Of a DNA stretch of 64,000 bases, positions 1 to 10,800 are shown one piece after another (the stretch's first letter is position 1; every line of letters begins with the position of its first letter). Origin of the DNA: Armatimonadota bacterium (lineage in GTDB: Bacteria; Armatimonadota; DTGP01; DASXUI01); contig DASXUI010000320.1 in the NCBI GenBank assembly GCA_036504955.1, forward strand, positions 3,071-67,070, in the 5' to 3' direction. The notes beneath the pieces are model-generated. The model worked only from the letters and a program-made list of their open reading frames with translations. It ran no database searches and was not told the origin of the DNA. The position numbers and the translations under genes are program-made.

Positions 1-1356
1 TGGAAATCCTACGGCTGCAGTCCATATGCTAAGAGTATCGCTGCTGGCCCTGACGGCACCGTGTTTGTGAGCGGTGGCGGGCAGGTTGCCAAACGAACCG
101 CGAAGGGGAAGTGGGTTGATTGCAGCAATGGGCAGGGCCATAGGGGCGACGCAATTGCTGCTGACGCACAAGGTCGTCTCTACCTGTGGAGGGACGATGG
201 GGCGTGGCGTCTGGGCACCGATGGAGTCTGGTCTCAGTTTCCATCAACCCCGAAGAGTACTGTGCAGTTTCCCCGCATGGAGAGCCTGGCGGTGGGCCCG
301 AAGGGGGTGCTCTACTGCCAGGTGGATTCCGAAGCCGAGGGAAGTGTGCTGACAACATATGACACTCAGACGGGCGCATCTTCAGTCACGCCATCGGACT
401 CGATCTTCAGTTGCATCGCTGCCAGCGCCGACACGCTGTACTCCACGCGGTGGGCATGGGACCCAGAGAAACCGGGTCCACCGCCCTACTCATGCTTGGT
501 GACCAGTCCCACTGCATCGCGACAGTGGACCAAGCAAGTAGTCATACCTCCCGGTTGGTGTGTCCATGTGGCTGACCTCTGTGTGAGCGTTGATGGATCA
601 CTGTTAGTTGCGGATCAGGAGGGTTCGGCTGTGTGGAGACGCAGCCCTAGTGGCGAGTGGAGCCTATTAGCATCGAGCGGCGAGGGTGTTGGTCAGGTGA
701 ACCAACCTAGGCAGATAGCAGTGTCGCCCTCCGGCGACATGTATGTGGCTGATGTCACGTCCCAGTGGCGCATTCAAGCCCGAAAAGCAGACGGGCAATG
801 GACGGTCATCCAGCCTAACAGAAGCCCAAAAGGCGTGGCTGATATGGTTTGTGATCAACAGGGAGCCCTGTACATTGCCGAGGGCGAGGAAGGGAGTGTC
901 CTCAGACGAACCCCCGATGGCTCTTGGGGAGTCGTTGGTGGTGCAGATGGAGCTACATCTATCTCGGTGGACAAGAGCGGCAGGTTGGTTATTGGCCGGT
1001 CTGCGTCAGAGATCTCGGTGCGTACTCCATCAGGCCAATGGACGGTTGTGAGGTCCAGGAAATTCCTTCAACCGGCACCAGAGGCAATGGCCGTGGATGG
1101 CAAGGGATCTGTGTACTTCGTGGGCGGTGGTGATGTGTATGTGGTGGATGGCCGTGGTTCATTATCGATGATGAGTGACCAAGCACGGCCCCCGAGCCCG
1201 TCACTGTCGTTGGGCCTTCAGAGGCGTCTGGTGGTGAAAGCCTTGGCGCTCTCACCCCGTGACGAGTTAGTGCTTGCGGAGTCCAACTTCGATAGCAACT
1301 GGGGCCGGCTGGTGTCTTACGCCGCGTCAGGGCAAGTGTGGACCCCCGTAAGGTGA
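1..1356 (+). CDS. NHL-repeat / beta-propeller domain protein (5' partial, frame open to window start)
   Basis: ORF 61..1356 stays open in frame back to nt 1. It has repeated blade-like units (SPSGEWS, SPSGDMYVADV, TPDGSWGVVGG, TPSGQWTVV, DGKGSVYFVGG) typical of NHL/YWTD propellers. Confidence 0.6.
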   Translation, partial: WKSYGCSPYAKSIAAGPDGTVFVSGGGQVAKRTAKGKWVDCSNGQGHRGDAIAADAQGRLYLWRDDGAWRLGTDGVWSQFPSTPKSTVQFPRMESLAVGPKGVLYCQVDSEAEGSVLTTYDTQTGASSVTPSDSIFSCIAASADTLYSTRWAWDPEKPGPPPYSCLVTSPTASRQWTKQVVIPPGWCVHVADLCVSVDGSLLVADQEGSAVWRRSPSGEWSLLASSGEGVGQVNQPRQIAVSPSGDMYVADVTSQWRIQARKADGQWTVIQPNRSPKGVADMVCDQQGALYIAEGEEGSVLRRTPDGSWGVVGGADGATSISVDKSGRLVIGRSASEISVRTPSGQWTVVRSRKFLQPAPEAMAVDGKGSVYFVGGGDVYVVDGRGSLSMMSDQARPPSPSLSLGLQRRLVVKALALSPRDELVLAESNFDSNWGRLVSYAASGQVWTPVR

Positions 1357-1576
1357 TGGGTGAGACATACTGGCGCGCACTCCGGCCCAACCCCCTTCAC
1401 CACCGACGGCAGGCAACGCGACCCGACAGCTCAGGCCCCAGACGCGCAAGGAGTCCCATCGCGTTGCTCTGGGGCTCCCTTCTGTCCCTTGGCCCGCCCA
1501 CCCCCAACCTAACCGCCTGGGCCGTTTCTGCGCGCCCCACCCCCTCCCTCGCTGCCGCTCCAATGCCTTGCCCCTA

Positions 1577-1610
1577 ACCCCTGCCGGGGAAAGGGTCCTT
1601 TCCCCGGCAG
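1577..1610. terminator. Stable hairpin between convergent genes (possible bidirectional terminator)
   Basis: Perfect 13-bp inverted repeat ctgccggggaaag / ctttccccggcag with a 4-nt loop, downstream of both the + strand propeller gene and the - strand ORF ending at 1713. No U-tract follows, so intrinsic-terminator status is uncertain. Confidence 0.3.
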
Positions 1611-1712
1611 TTCCGCTCCCCGCGCTCCCAGAGACTCCCTGCCCTATAGAGGAGGACTCCCCACATAGAGGCAAGGGAGCCCTCACACAAGCACCACTAC
1701 CATCAGCCTCAG

Positions 1713-1973
1713 CTAGTAGCCACTGACACCCCCGTGCTCTCTCCTGTAGTCAGCCCCCAAGTCCTTCACCAGGCCAGTCAGCTCCTCCAAGGAGGCTAAG
1801 TAGCTTCTCGTCTGGTCCATCCTCACCTGGGCTACTTCCGCAGCACTCTCATTCCTCCAGCGTTGAGCTTCCTCCAGGCCCTTCTCGTACTGGAGCTTCT
1901 CCCGCCGCCGTCCCTCCGGCACCTCCACAGCGCGCTTCTGCACCCCGTCCAGCCGCTCCGCAACAGTGACCAT
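1713..1973 (-). CDS. Hypothetical protein (start placed at the internal MVTVAERLDG; the tracked ORF extends to 2054)
   Basis: High GC3 in the C-terminal 87 codons. The N-terminal 27 codons of the tracked ORF look non-protein-like. Lies 60 nt downstream of the 2035..2271 gene. Confidence 0.4.
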   Translation of the reverse strand: MVTVAERLDGVQKRAVEVPEGRRREKLQYEKGLEEAQRWRNESAAEVAQVRMDQTRSYLASLEELTGLVKDLGADYRREHGGVSGY

Positions 1974-2034
1974 GACATACTCCTTCCAGGAGTGGACACC
2001 CCCGCACCTTAGCACGGGGGCATCGCAGCACACC

Positions 2035-2271
2035 CTAGATGCCGGTCCAGTCAAGCATCGCCGTGCCAGGGCTGCAGATGAACACCTCGAACTGCTCGAT
2101 CAGGTCAGCAATGGGTGTCTTCTTAGGGTCGATGGTGAAGACTGCCTCCCTCTGGTATATCTCGATCCTGGAGGAATCGTCCGCGCTTCCAACGCGGTCG
2201 AAGGTGCACCTTACCTGCTGGAGTTCGATATAGATAAGGTGTCCGTGGCTGACGAACTTGATCCACTTCAT
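2035..2271 (-). CDS. Hypothetical small protein
   Basis: GC3 about 80%, typical high-GC codon usage. Strong Shine-Dalgarno gaaggagag sits 6 nt upstream of the ATG. Confidence 0.6.
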   Translation of the reverse strand: MKWIKFVSHGHLIYIELQQVRCTFDRVGSADDSSRIEIYQREAVFTIDPKKTPIADLIEQFEVFICSPGTAMLDWTGI

Positions 2272-2610
2272 CCATGCTCTCCTTCTGTGCGTAAGCTCCG
2301 GGCTGACTCCGAGGAACTTGGGTGGGTACAGCCTCTAGCTTGTCCACGAACTCAAAGAGGTCTGCGTCGGTGTCCAGGACCTGACCCTCGAACTGGGCTG
2401 GGCTTATGGTGATTCCATTGAACGCTGGCCAGCGGGCGCAGGTGAAGCGCAAGCGGTTCTCAGGAGTGAGGGTGGCGCTGTAGCCGAGCTGCTGAAGACC
2501 CCCGGGAAGAGGGTAGGGGCCACCAAGGGCAGGGTCTTGAGGAAGACCCAGATCCACGGCATCACCCTTCAATAGGGAGTGGCACGTGCTAGTGGTACGT
2601 CACACAGGTA

Positions 2611-3252
2611 TTGCAGGAATACGGGGCATGGACCGATACTGAGGTGAGCCCCCGCCCGGGGCCTCAGGAGGGCCCCATACAACGACGATATGTAGTATCC
2701 CTGGCTCCCGAGCAACGGGAGTTGCTGGAGGCGGTGACTCAGCAAGGCCAAGCGGCAGCCCGAACCCTGACTCATGGTCGAATCCTGCTCAAGGCGGACA
2801 GCGGTCCTCAGGGGCCAGCGTGGTCGGACTGCGCCATCGCCGAAGCCGTGGAGGTGAGCCGCGCCACCGTGGAGCGCGTGCGTCAGCGCTTCTCTCAGGA
2901 GGGCCTGAGCGCCGCTCTGGAGCGTCGACCGCTGAAGCGGACCCGGCCCCGGAGCCTGGACGGGGCTCAGGAGGCTCATCTTCTCGCCTTGGCCTGCAGC
3001 CCCGCTCCTCAGGGACGGCGGCAGTGGACCCTAAGGCTGCTGGCCCACCAGATGGTGGAGTTGGGCTACAGCGACTCCCTCTCCCACGAGACCGTGCGTC
3101 GCACGCTCAAGAAACACACTGAAGCCTTGGTTAGTGGAACGCTGGTGTATTCCCCCCAAGCAGAACGCCGAGTTCGTCTGGCGGATGGAAGACGTGCGGG
3201 AGGTCTACACTCGTCCCTACGACCCGCGCGTCCCTCAGGTCTGCATGGATGA
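2611..3252 (+). CDS. IS630 transposase, N-terminal HTH part (orfA)
   Basis: Helix-turn-helix/winged-helix region (RQWTLRLLAHQM, ETVRRTLKK). Overlaps orfB by 118 nt in another frame, the usual IS630 programmed-frameshift arrangement. Confidence 0.8.
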   Translation: MQEYGAWTDTEVSPRPGPQEGPIQRRYVVSLAPEQRELLEAVTQQGQAAARTLTHGRILLKADSGPQGPAWSDCAIAEAVEVSRATVERVRQRFSQEGLSAALERRPLKRTRPRSLDGAQEAHLLALACSPAPQGRRQWTLRLLAHQMVELGYSDSLSHETVRRTLKKHTEALVSGTLVYSPQAERRVRLADGRRAGGLHSSLRPARPSGLHG

Positions 3253-3811
3253 AGCTAGCAAACAGCTCCCCAGTGCGATGCGAGAGCCTTCGCCGCCGAA
3301 GCCGGGGCGGCCTCGGCGAGAGGACTACGAGTACGTGCGAGAGGGCACGGCCGACCTCTTCCTCTTCTTCGAGCCTTTACGCGGCTGGCGCCGGGTCCAG
3401 GTGACCGAGCGCCGCATCCGAGCGGACTGGGCCCAGGCGATCCGCGAGCTGGTGGATGTCCACTACCCGGAAGCGGAGCGGATCGTGCTGGTGATGGACA
3501 ACCTCAACACCCATGGCCCGGCCAGCCTCTACGAAGCCTTCGCTCCCGAAGAGGCCCAACGCCTGGCCCAGAGGCTGGAGATCCACTACATCCCCAAGCA
3601 CGGGAGCTGGCTGAACATGGCGGAGACGGAACTCAGCATCCTCGCCCGCCATTGCCTGGACCGACGCCTTCCCTCCGCCGCTCTGCTAGAGCAGGAGGTC
3701 GACGCCTGGCAGCAAGAGCGCAACCAAGCCAAGGCCCGGATCGAGTGGCGCTTCACCACCGCCGACGCTCGCATCAAGCTGAAGCATCTCTATCCAGCAA
3801 TACTACTGTGA
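3134..3811 (+). CDS. IS630 transposase, DDE catalytic part (orfB)
   Basis: DDE-domain motifs (IVLVMDNLNTH, HYIPKHGSWLNMAE) characteristic of IS630/Tc1-mariner transposases. Confidence 0.8.
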   Translation: MERWCIPPKQNAEFVWRMEDVREVYTRPYDPRVPQVCMDEASKQLPSAMREPSPPKPGRPRREDYEYVREGTADLFLFFEPLRGWRRVQVTERRIRADWAQAIRELVDVHYPEAERIVLVMDNLNTHGPASLYEAFAPEEAQRLAQRLEIHYIPKHGSWLNMAETELSILARHCLDRRLPSAALLEQEVDAWQQERNQAKARIEWRFTTADARIKLKHLYPAILL

Positions 3812-3818
3812 CGCACCA

Positions 3819-4301
3819 CTAGGAGCACGAATCCGGCGAAATGCAGTGCTCCATTGCAGAGGCGTCATCAGTTCTCGCTAAGGCAGAACAGCCTAGCAGG
3901 TACGCTCTTGTTCCCGTCGAGCCCCGCAACTTCCGCAACCACTCCTCCCCAACGAACGTATAAGTCACACCTGATAGTTCACGCCACTGAAGCTCCAGAT
4001 TGTCCCCTTCGAGACTCACCCCATACTCATCGCCGTTGATGATGAGGGTCCAGTCGGTCACCCACGAATAGGTTCCCGGATGACCCCCCATGGGACCACC
4101 GGTCTGAACTCATCGCCCGTCTTCACTGAAGCTCCAGGTAGGTCTCCCCTCCAGCGATGCTGGCCGCCATACACCGATGATGGCTCGGCGCGGGTTTTGC
4201 CTCCGTATCCCCGTGATGAGTACACAAGACAGAAGAGTCACTAGCACCAGGCTGCCGATGGTCTCTAGAAGTCTGGCCGAGTAGGGCCGCAGCACAGCCA
4301 A
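3819..4301 (-). pseudogene. Truncated paralog of the zinc-ribbon/TM protein family (homolog of 26504..27019), abutting the IS630 right end
   Basis: Two ORFs (4301..4110, 4091..3819) in different frames together match the C-terminal half of the 217-aa protein at 26504..27157 (GVWRPASLEGRPTWSFSEDGR vs GRWKSFTLQDCPTWSFSDGGR; TYSWVTD, NLELQW). The zinc-ribbon N-terminus is missing, the frame is broken, and the C-terminus diverges and runs to the IS630 terminus. Confidence 0.5.
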
Positions 4302-6309
4302 CCAAGCCCCATAGGTCGTACCACTTAGTGAGCCCGGTGCACTAACCGCTGGGCTTGCTTGGGTGTACTGCTGCCCTTTTGGGCCGCGTTTCTAGGACCC
4401 TAGGTTGCTCAGAGCCATGGCTAGGCCAGACAGCAGCACCGCAACCGGGGAGAGGGTGCGCAAAATGGCAAGAGCCAGTCCACGCCCATGGCTGCGCACA
4501 GTCCGCTGCCATCCTAGGAAGCCCAGAACACTACCAACAAGCACCAGCTCAGCTTCTATCAGCCCCATGCGTAGGGCCGCCTCGGACTTGATCGGCTCAA
4601 TGGCTGTTTCAGAAGCGAGGGGCTATAGGAGCACCAGGGTGCTCCAGTGCCTACGCCTGGCCCAGCATTCGTGGGCCTTGGTTCCACCCATGCCAACGCC
4701 AAGGAGTAACCGGGCCGCTACCCTCCAGGCAGCGTAGTATGCAGTGAGATAACCAACGGCGCTCAGAGCTTCCAGTCATGGGCTCCACCGGTTGGCAAGG
4801 GAATCATACGGGTGCCCTTTCAGCGCAGTTAGGTTAAGGTACACATCCATGCCATTGACGAGGACCACAAAGCTGACGGCCGCGGTCAGCCAAGCCATCA
4901 TCCCGGTCCGAGGCACAGGCATCGGACTGACCCGGACTAGGCTACCTTCTGGGCCATGCTGGCGGGCGCTAGTCTGGATTCTGCCGCCGCCCCAGTCGAC
5001 GGCGCCTCGTGGAATCCTCCCGTGCGCAGAAGGCGGGGCCGTCCACTGGTCCTGCACCTCCATCGCGGCCCTTGGCGCCAAGGGCGTCGAGGTAGGGGCG
5101 AGGCCGCTCTGTCCCCGAACCCCTCGGTAACATGGGCTGAGGCGACAGGGAGGCGGCCCTAGGGGCGGATGCTCTGGCCCATGGAGGCATCGCCGAACGC
5201 TACGGCTCTGATGACCGGTCTGTGGCCGTGTCAGAGGTACGGACGATGGTTACGGAGGCGGCCTGTCATTGCGGCCCTAGCTCTGGTAGGTCGTGGTCTG
5301 AGGCGCGCGGTCCTTGGCTCCTCAGGAGGGCTTTGGCGGCAGAGGACCCATCAGCGCCAATGGGCTGGAGAGCAAGAGGTGGGGAATGCGAGCCGATCGG
5401 GCGCAGGCGCGGTTGGGCGTCGGTTTGGGAGTCAGGCCGAACCTATGCGGCTGCCCTAACGGAGGGACCTGAGGGCAAGCTTCAAGCTGAGCCGAAGGGC
5501 ATGGCATTGGGGGTCTCCAGCATAGGGTGTCCTCCTCGCAGAAGAGTGATTCGACCCGCACTGCTGGGCCATCCAGCGATCCTGAGATCCCTAGAGGGCT
5601 GCTGAGACCTGTGCCGCGGTGGGTCCCGCCGAGGTGATATCGGATTCGTGTACCCTGTTCCCCACCTTGCCGCCAAGCAGAAACACGATGGGAGGGCCCA
5701 ATCCGTCTTCCCATACGGGGAAGCTGAGGTCGCGGGTCGACCCCATCTACCTTCCTGGCTGCATCGAGCAACCCCGTGGTCACGGCGCTCTAGGCGTGCC
5801 CTCGGAACCCAGGCTCTGAACTCCTCAGGGGATCGTGCTGACCCGAAGTCAGGTTCGGCACGGCTAACGTTGAGGATTGGCTAGAGGGAAGCGGCCTGGT
5901 GTACCTGTCCATGAGGGAGGAGGGTGCCGAGGGCGGCAGAGCACCCATCTCTGCACGCGGGGTACCCCGAAGCCCTACCAGTTGTAACCACCGGGCCCAA
6001 GTCTGCCAGATCGTGGCGCAGAGCCGCCGCCCTCTACAGGTCCGCATGCGCTCTCCTGGCTCCCAAGGGGCCTGGATACCGACTGTTCGGATGGTTAAGT
6101 GGCACTCCAGAAGCTCCTATGGGCGGCTGGCGAGCGCTCTGGAGGCGGCTAGGATAAAGCTACGGGGGCCGAAGTCTCGGCCCGAACACTGGGGTAGCTG
6201 AGGCTGCGGTCAGGACGCTATATGATGTGCCATGATTCTGCCGAGGAAGAGCTAGAGGGCCATGGATGGGGGTTGGCCTTCTATCGGCCCCTAGCTCTGC
6301 CCTCGGGGA

Positions 6310-6639
6310 TCAACCATGGTTCCACCAGGCGCCGGCCCTAGCCACAAGGTAGAGGAGCCCACCTGCCACAGCAAGGAACGATGAGAAGGGGGAGTCTCCG
6401 TTCTTTGCCCCAACGAGCCCCATCAGCCCAAGAATGAGCATGAAGGTGCCTACCACCCTGAGTGCTTTCCACTCCTTGCCGGTAAGCTCCACTGGCGTAG
6501 CGCGAGGGGAGTTGCCCTTCGAAGCTGTAGGGCGTGCTCCAGTGATGGGACATCCACAGCGGGGACAGGTGGTCGCTGAATCGGAAACCTGCTGCTGACA
6601 CTCAGGCTCTGGACAGCTAATAATGCTCATGGGATTCAC
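6310..6639 (-). CDS. Small membrane protein with N-terminal zinc ribbon and two TM helices
   Basis: CxxC...CxxC motif (CPEPEC...CPRCGC) followed by two hydrophobic helices. GC3 is lower than the genomic background, so possibly foreign. Confidence 0.55.
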   Translation of the reverse strand: MNPMSIISCPEPECQQQVSDSATTCPRCGCPITGARPTASKGNSPRATPVELTGKEWKALRVVGTFMLILGLMGLVGAKNGDSPFSSFLAVAGGLLYLVARAGAWWNHG

Positions 6640-7714
6640 CCCTCGGTAAGGTAAGACGCTGGCAGCTTGTGCCTAATAGCTAAGCCCTCATTCGCTGAGT
6701 ACGGCCTGAATTCCTGTCCCGCTGAGGCAGCAAGCCACCCATCTCAACATGTGGGATAGGGCGCAGAGGGGCCCGAGAGACAGGGAGGGGCAGCAACAAG
6801 CATCCCAGGTTGGATGCCCTGGAGGGTGGGGGCGGGGGGCACTACCTGAGCCCAGGAACTGGGGTGTAACGGACAGAGGGGGCCCAGGAAGATAACTGCT
6901 GTTGCGAGGTGGTGCCTCTGGCTTGTCCAGATCGGTCAGTCACAGGGAAGATGGTGGTTCAGCCGCTGCTCCCACTGCTGTGGAACGGGAAGCCGGGCCA
7001 TCCCGAACAAGACCTCTACTTGGTGCCCAACAGCGCCATCTAGGTGCTGTGGGCCGGGACACCCCGGTCGATACGCGTTGTACACCACGGCACTCACTGG
7101 CCTTGCTCTGACCGTCTCGTCCGTAGGCAGCTTGGGGACTGTCATTGACCGCCCTAGACTCCCCCTACGAGGAACGGAGCGCACCCCGAACCACCTGCGG
7201 TTCGCCCATTCCCAGAGTTGCCGCGTTGCTCCCTTCACCAGGTGTGCTGGTTCTGCTGCACGAGCACCCAGTACGGCCTCCCATCACGCCAAAGGCCTGC
7301 CTCTCGCTGCTCGGCCTGGGCGGCAGGTTGTCGTGCGTCCCTTTGTCTTTGGTCGGCGGCGTCGCCTCCATGGTGCCCTACAGGTGGCAGAAGGTGCACA
7401 GGACGCTCCGGCCCTGAAGTGGCCGCCGGTCCGCGCTGGGCAGGAGCAAGACTGCCCTACGGCATGGGGACGCCTGACAACCACAGCTTCGTGGGTCGCG
7501 TGGTGCAAGGTGTGCTTCCCCTCCTTCCATTCAGACCCGAGCCTCCGGGGCCACCCTCTGCTGCGTGCTCGTGATCGTCAGCATAGGCGGCGCGGAGTGG
7601 CACCAAGACCATCTACGTCTAGCCGTGGCACCGATCATCTAGGCGGAACGTGGACGAACCGCTCCCCCTCGGCGCCTCTGCGCCGAGGGGCGGAGACAAC
7701 CAATCCTCAGTGGA

Positions 7715-7890
7715 TGGCGAGAACCGCAACCATATAGCTGGTGGTGAAAACCGCAATCCTATAACTGATGGTGAAAACCGCAATCCTATAACGGATGGTG
7801 GAATTCGCCATCCTATAACGGATGGTGGAATTCGCAATCCTATAGGGGATGTGGCAAACTGCCGTCCGATCGGGGATGGCCGCAAGGCCC
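7715..7890. repeat. Tandem array of ~27-bp repeats (about 6 copies, degenerating toward the 3' side)
   Basis: Units such as tgatggtgaaaaccgcaatcctataac repeat head-to-tail. There are no intervening unique spacers, so it is not a CRISPR array. The unit is AT-richer than the surroundings. Confidence 0.7.
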
Positions 7891-10800
7891 AGCCCCAGTG
7901 GGGTGTGTGACCCGGTCCGCGCAGGCGACGCCAGACCAGCGTCTCCTGGAGCGTGTCACACGCTTTGGCGCTGCCTGTAGGGCCAGAGGGCCGCCCTTGG
8001 GGCGCCGCCCGGTTGGGAGCAGTCTTAGCCTGGCTGGGGTGTCGGCAGCTAGCGCAAGATACTGCGCTTGCTCCACTGCCGGCTCGAGATTTGCTGATGG
8101 AAGTGCATAGCACGCTCAGAAGGGGATGCTGCCATGACCTCTCCCTAGGGGATGCTCTCTTTACGTCTCCCTAGTGCAGATCCCCGGAGTATCTGTGGAT
8201 AGTGCTCGCCTGACCGCACCGACGGGGCAGACTCCACCGCTCTGGGCATGTCGGCCGGTAAGCGTGCAGAGCCATGGACGGCTCTCCACAGGGTTGCCGC
8301 GTTTCTGCACTAGGGGGATGCGGCTCTAGTATCTCCATGGGGCACGGCTCCTAAGTGCCCGCGGGGGCTGTCCGAGCCCATCTCGAGGTCACCAAGGTCC
8401 AGCCGCGCCAACACCCAGGCAGATGCGTCATGCAGGGCAGGGCTCCAGAGCAATCTGCGGACCGGGGCCGCTAAGCAGATTGCTCACCGCACTCAACAGG
8501 CCAGAGCACGCTGGGGCAGGTTGTCTTTGTCAGTGGGCGGGGGCGGGAGCAGACTGTGCTCTGCCTGCTCCCCGGCCCCGTCGCCGCCGACCTGGAACCT
8601 CCATCTCTCCATGCGAGCCGGTCCTGGGCCCTAGTCTGCTAGCGCTCTTGGGCAGCCGCTAAGCAGCTATTGATGCGCCATGGCTCCGGAGGTGTTTCAC
8701 GCACTGCCGGTCCCAGACACTACCGGCCTAGGTCGTGACCCGATTCCGTTCCACGGCAACCATGTGTACGCCAATAGGCAGCTAGTTGTAAAACATTGAC
8801 CCCTCTCGTTGGTGACCGCCGCATTGGGGTTCCCTACACCAGACGGGAGCAGGCCAGTGTCTGTAGTGCCAATAGAACGGACGAATGGTTGGACAGACAG
8901 CCGATATGGAGGCAAAGCCCACGGCGTGCTCTAAGGGGCCTTCTAGTGGCAAACTCCATCGCGCCGCCGCCGATGGTGCCGCGTAGCTGCCGCCGCGATG
9001 GGCATGCGCCCGGGGGCATCTAGGGGCCCTGGCGTGGGGCAACGGTGCTGCGACATCGGTCAGCACACCACTTAGCGCAGCCCTGAGCGTGCAGGTGGGC
9101 GGGCGGAGATGCCAGCAGATCACTGGCTCTCAGTTCGCGATCGGGAAGGTGCTATCCGCGTTCAGGCTGGCGCCCTGGCCATGTGCACACCAGGCAGAGC
9201 GATGGACCACAGAGTAGCCATCCTGGTGTCAGGGAAGAGGAACCGGGCCAGTGCCTGCCACGAACAGATAGGCGGATAGGCGGCCCATGGCACCGCAGCG
9301 GAGGGCCCTAGGCCAGATTGCAGTGGCCACGACCACGACCCGAACCGACTGGCTATGGTCTGGCCCTAACGCGATTGCTGACCGCGGCCAGTAGGAGCTG
9401 GGCCAGCCTGCTGCTTGGGGCACCTTGGACACCTCCACCTCCTGGGTGTCCTCGCCCAAGGCGTCCCTCACCTCTCGCCAGTCACATCAGTGCCCCTACG
9501 GCGACCTCCCGCTGCTTGCCCGTGGCCCTTAGCGACGATCGCGCAGATTGGCACAGGGCCGGTCTGCACCAGGCCGGTGCTTTCCTCAAGCCGCCTAGAG
9601 GTCAGGTGATGTGCTGCAGGTGGCTGATCCCCCGTATCTCTGGGCTGTCGCTTGGTGCAGTTGTCCAGTGTGCCCTATAGCCGACGGTATGCTGCCACCG
9701 GCCGCCCTTCCTCTGTGCAATGGTTGCCTGCAGCGCGAGGGCACCCCTGTTCCGTTGCCGTCCCTGAGTACCCTAAGTACCGAGTGATAGAGGTTAGACA
9801 ACAAGCATTCGTACGTTTACGTAGGCATGCGGCCTAGTCCATGGCCGCAGGCAGGGCGGTGTTCGGCATGGCGGCACCGGGCACGAAGACCATACGCGTT
9901 GGACGAGGCGCCAACGATGGCAAGTCCATCCCCGTCGCCGAGGCTGAGAAGCGGAGGCGGACAGCGGTGGTCGAGACCATCAAGGTGCCCCGCCCGAGGA
10001 AGTAGGGATGCTGTGTCGCGGCGAGCGCGCGTCGAGGTCAGGGGACGGCGCCGCTGGTTTGCGATGGCCCCCCCGGTTTGTATGTAGGGCGCTGGGCACC
10101 GATAGACCGGCGTGGCAGGTCCGTGAGTTAGGATTACATAGGAGAGCGCGTGTAGCACCGCACTGCGGCCCCCCAAGCGGCTCCGAGGTCCCAGGGACAC
10201 CGGAAGCCATGGCTGCGGGCGCATCCGTGTCAGCGCCAGGGACGCGTACCACGCTCTCTTCGGAAGACGACGAGGGCGTCTGCCCTGATTCAGCCGCAGG
10301 CCATCGGTGCTCCATTACTTGGAGCGCCCTATCGCCCGGCCAGGATCCGGCCCCGCCCAGGGGTCCACGGCTGCTGAGGAGCCGCCCATACAGGGCCACT
10401 TCTTTGCTTCGGGCATACTCCACCGGACCCAATGGAGTGCCGACGTCGCTCGCGTTCCCGCTCCCGCCATCGCTCCGGAACCTGTGTCAGCGCTGGGCTC
10501 AGGTAACTGCCGCCTCGTCACCGGTGCTTGCGTGCGATGGCGCATACCACTCCGTTGCGCTGACCTCTGGTGCTGTGCCGCCCCCGTGCGGATCTAGGGA
10601 CGATCGCATCTAGGGCCATCCACCAGGGGGATCTGTCCATGATGGTTCACGCAGTACACCTGACCGCATCCCTAACGGCGGACGATCCCATCAGACGACT
10701 CGGAACGAACGAGGACTTGCCCTGTTGAGGCGTCTTCTGCCTGACCGACCATACGCGGCGGCATCCGCCGTCGCTGACGCCTTCGGGACCCTGATTCGCG

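Larger units (their letters stand above)
2592..3819 (+). mobile_element. IS630-family insertion sequence, apparently intact (1228 bp)
   Basis: 28-bp imperfect terminal inverted repeats: TAGTGGTaCGTCACAcaGgTATTGCaGGA at the left versus the reverse complement of the right end. Each end is flanked by a TA dinucleotide (2590-2591 and 3820-3821), as expected for IS630/Tc1 TA target duplication. Contains a two-ORF transposase. Confidence 0.8.

Noticed and set aside
2123-2572. 149-aa ORF overlapping the 2035..2271 gene by 149 nt
   Set aside because: Only the central part (about 2290..2500) has coding-like GC3. The first ~25 codons and the part overlapping the downstream gene are not coding-like. 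The frame has no ATG and stays open up to the IS630 end. It may be a 5'-disrupted gene remnant, but the support is too weak for a confident call.
7715-7890. The tandem repeat arrays at 7715..7890 and 47745..47960 considered as CRISPR arrays
   Set aside because: The repeats are directly adjacent with no unique spacers between them, the units degenerate progressively, and there are no cas genes in the window.
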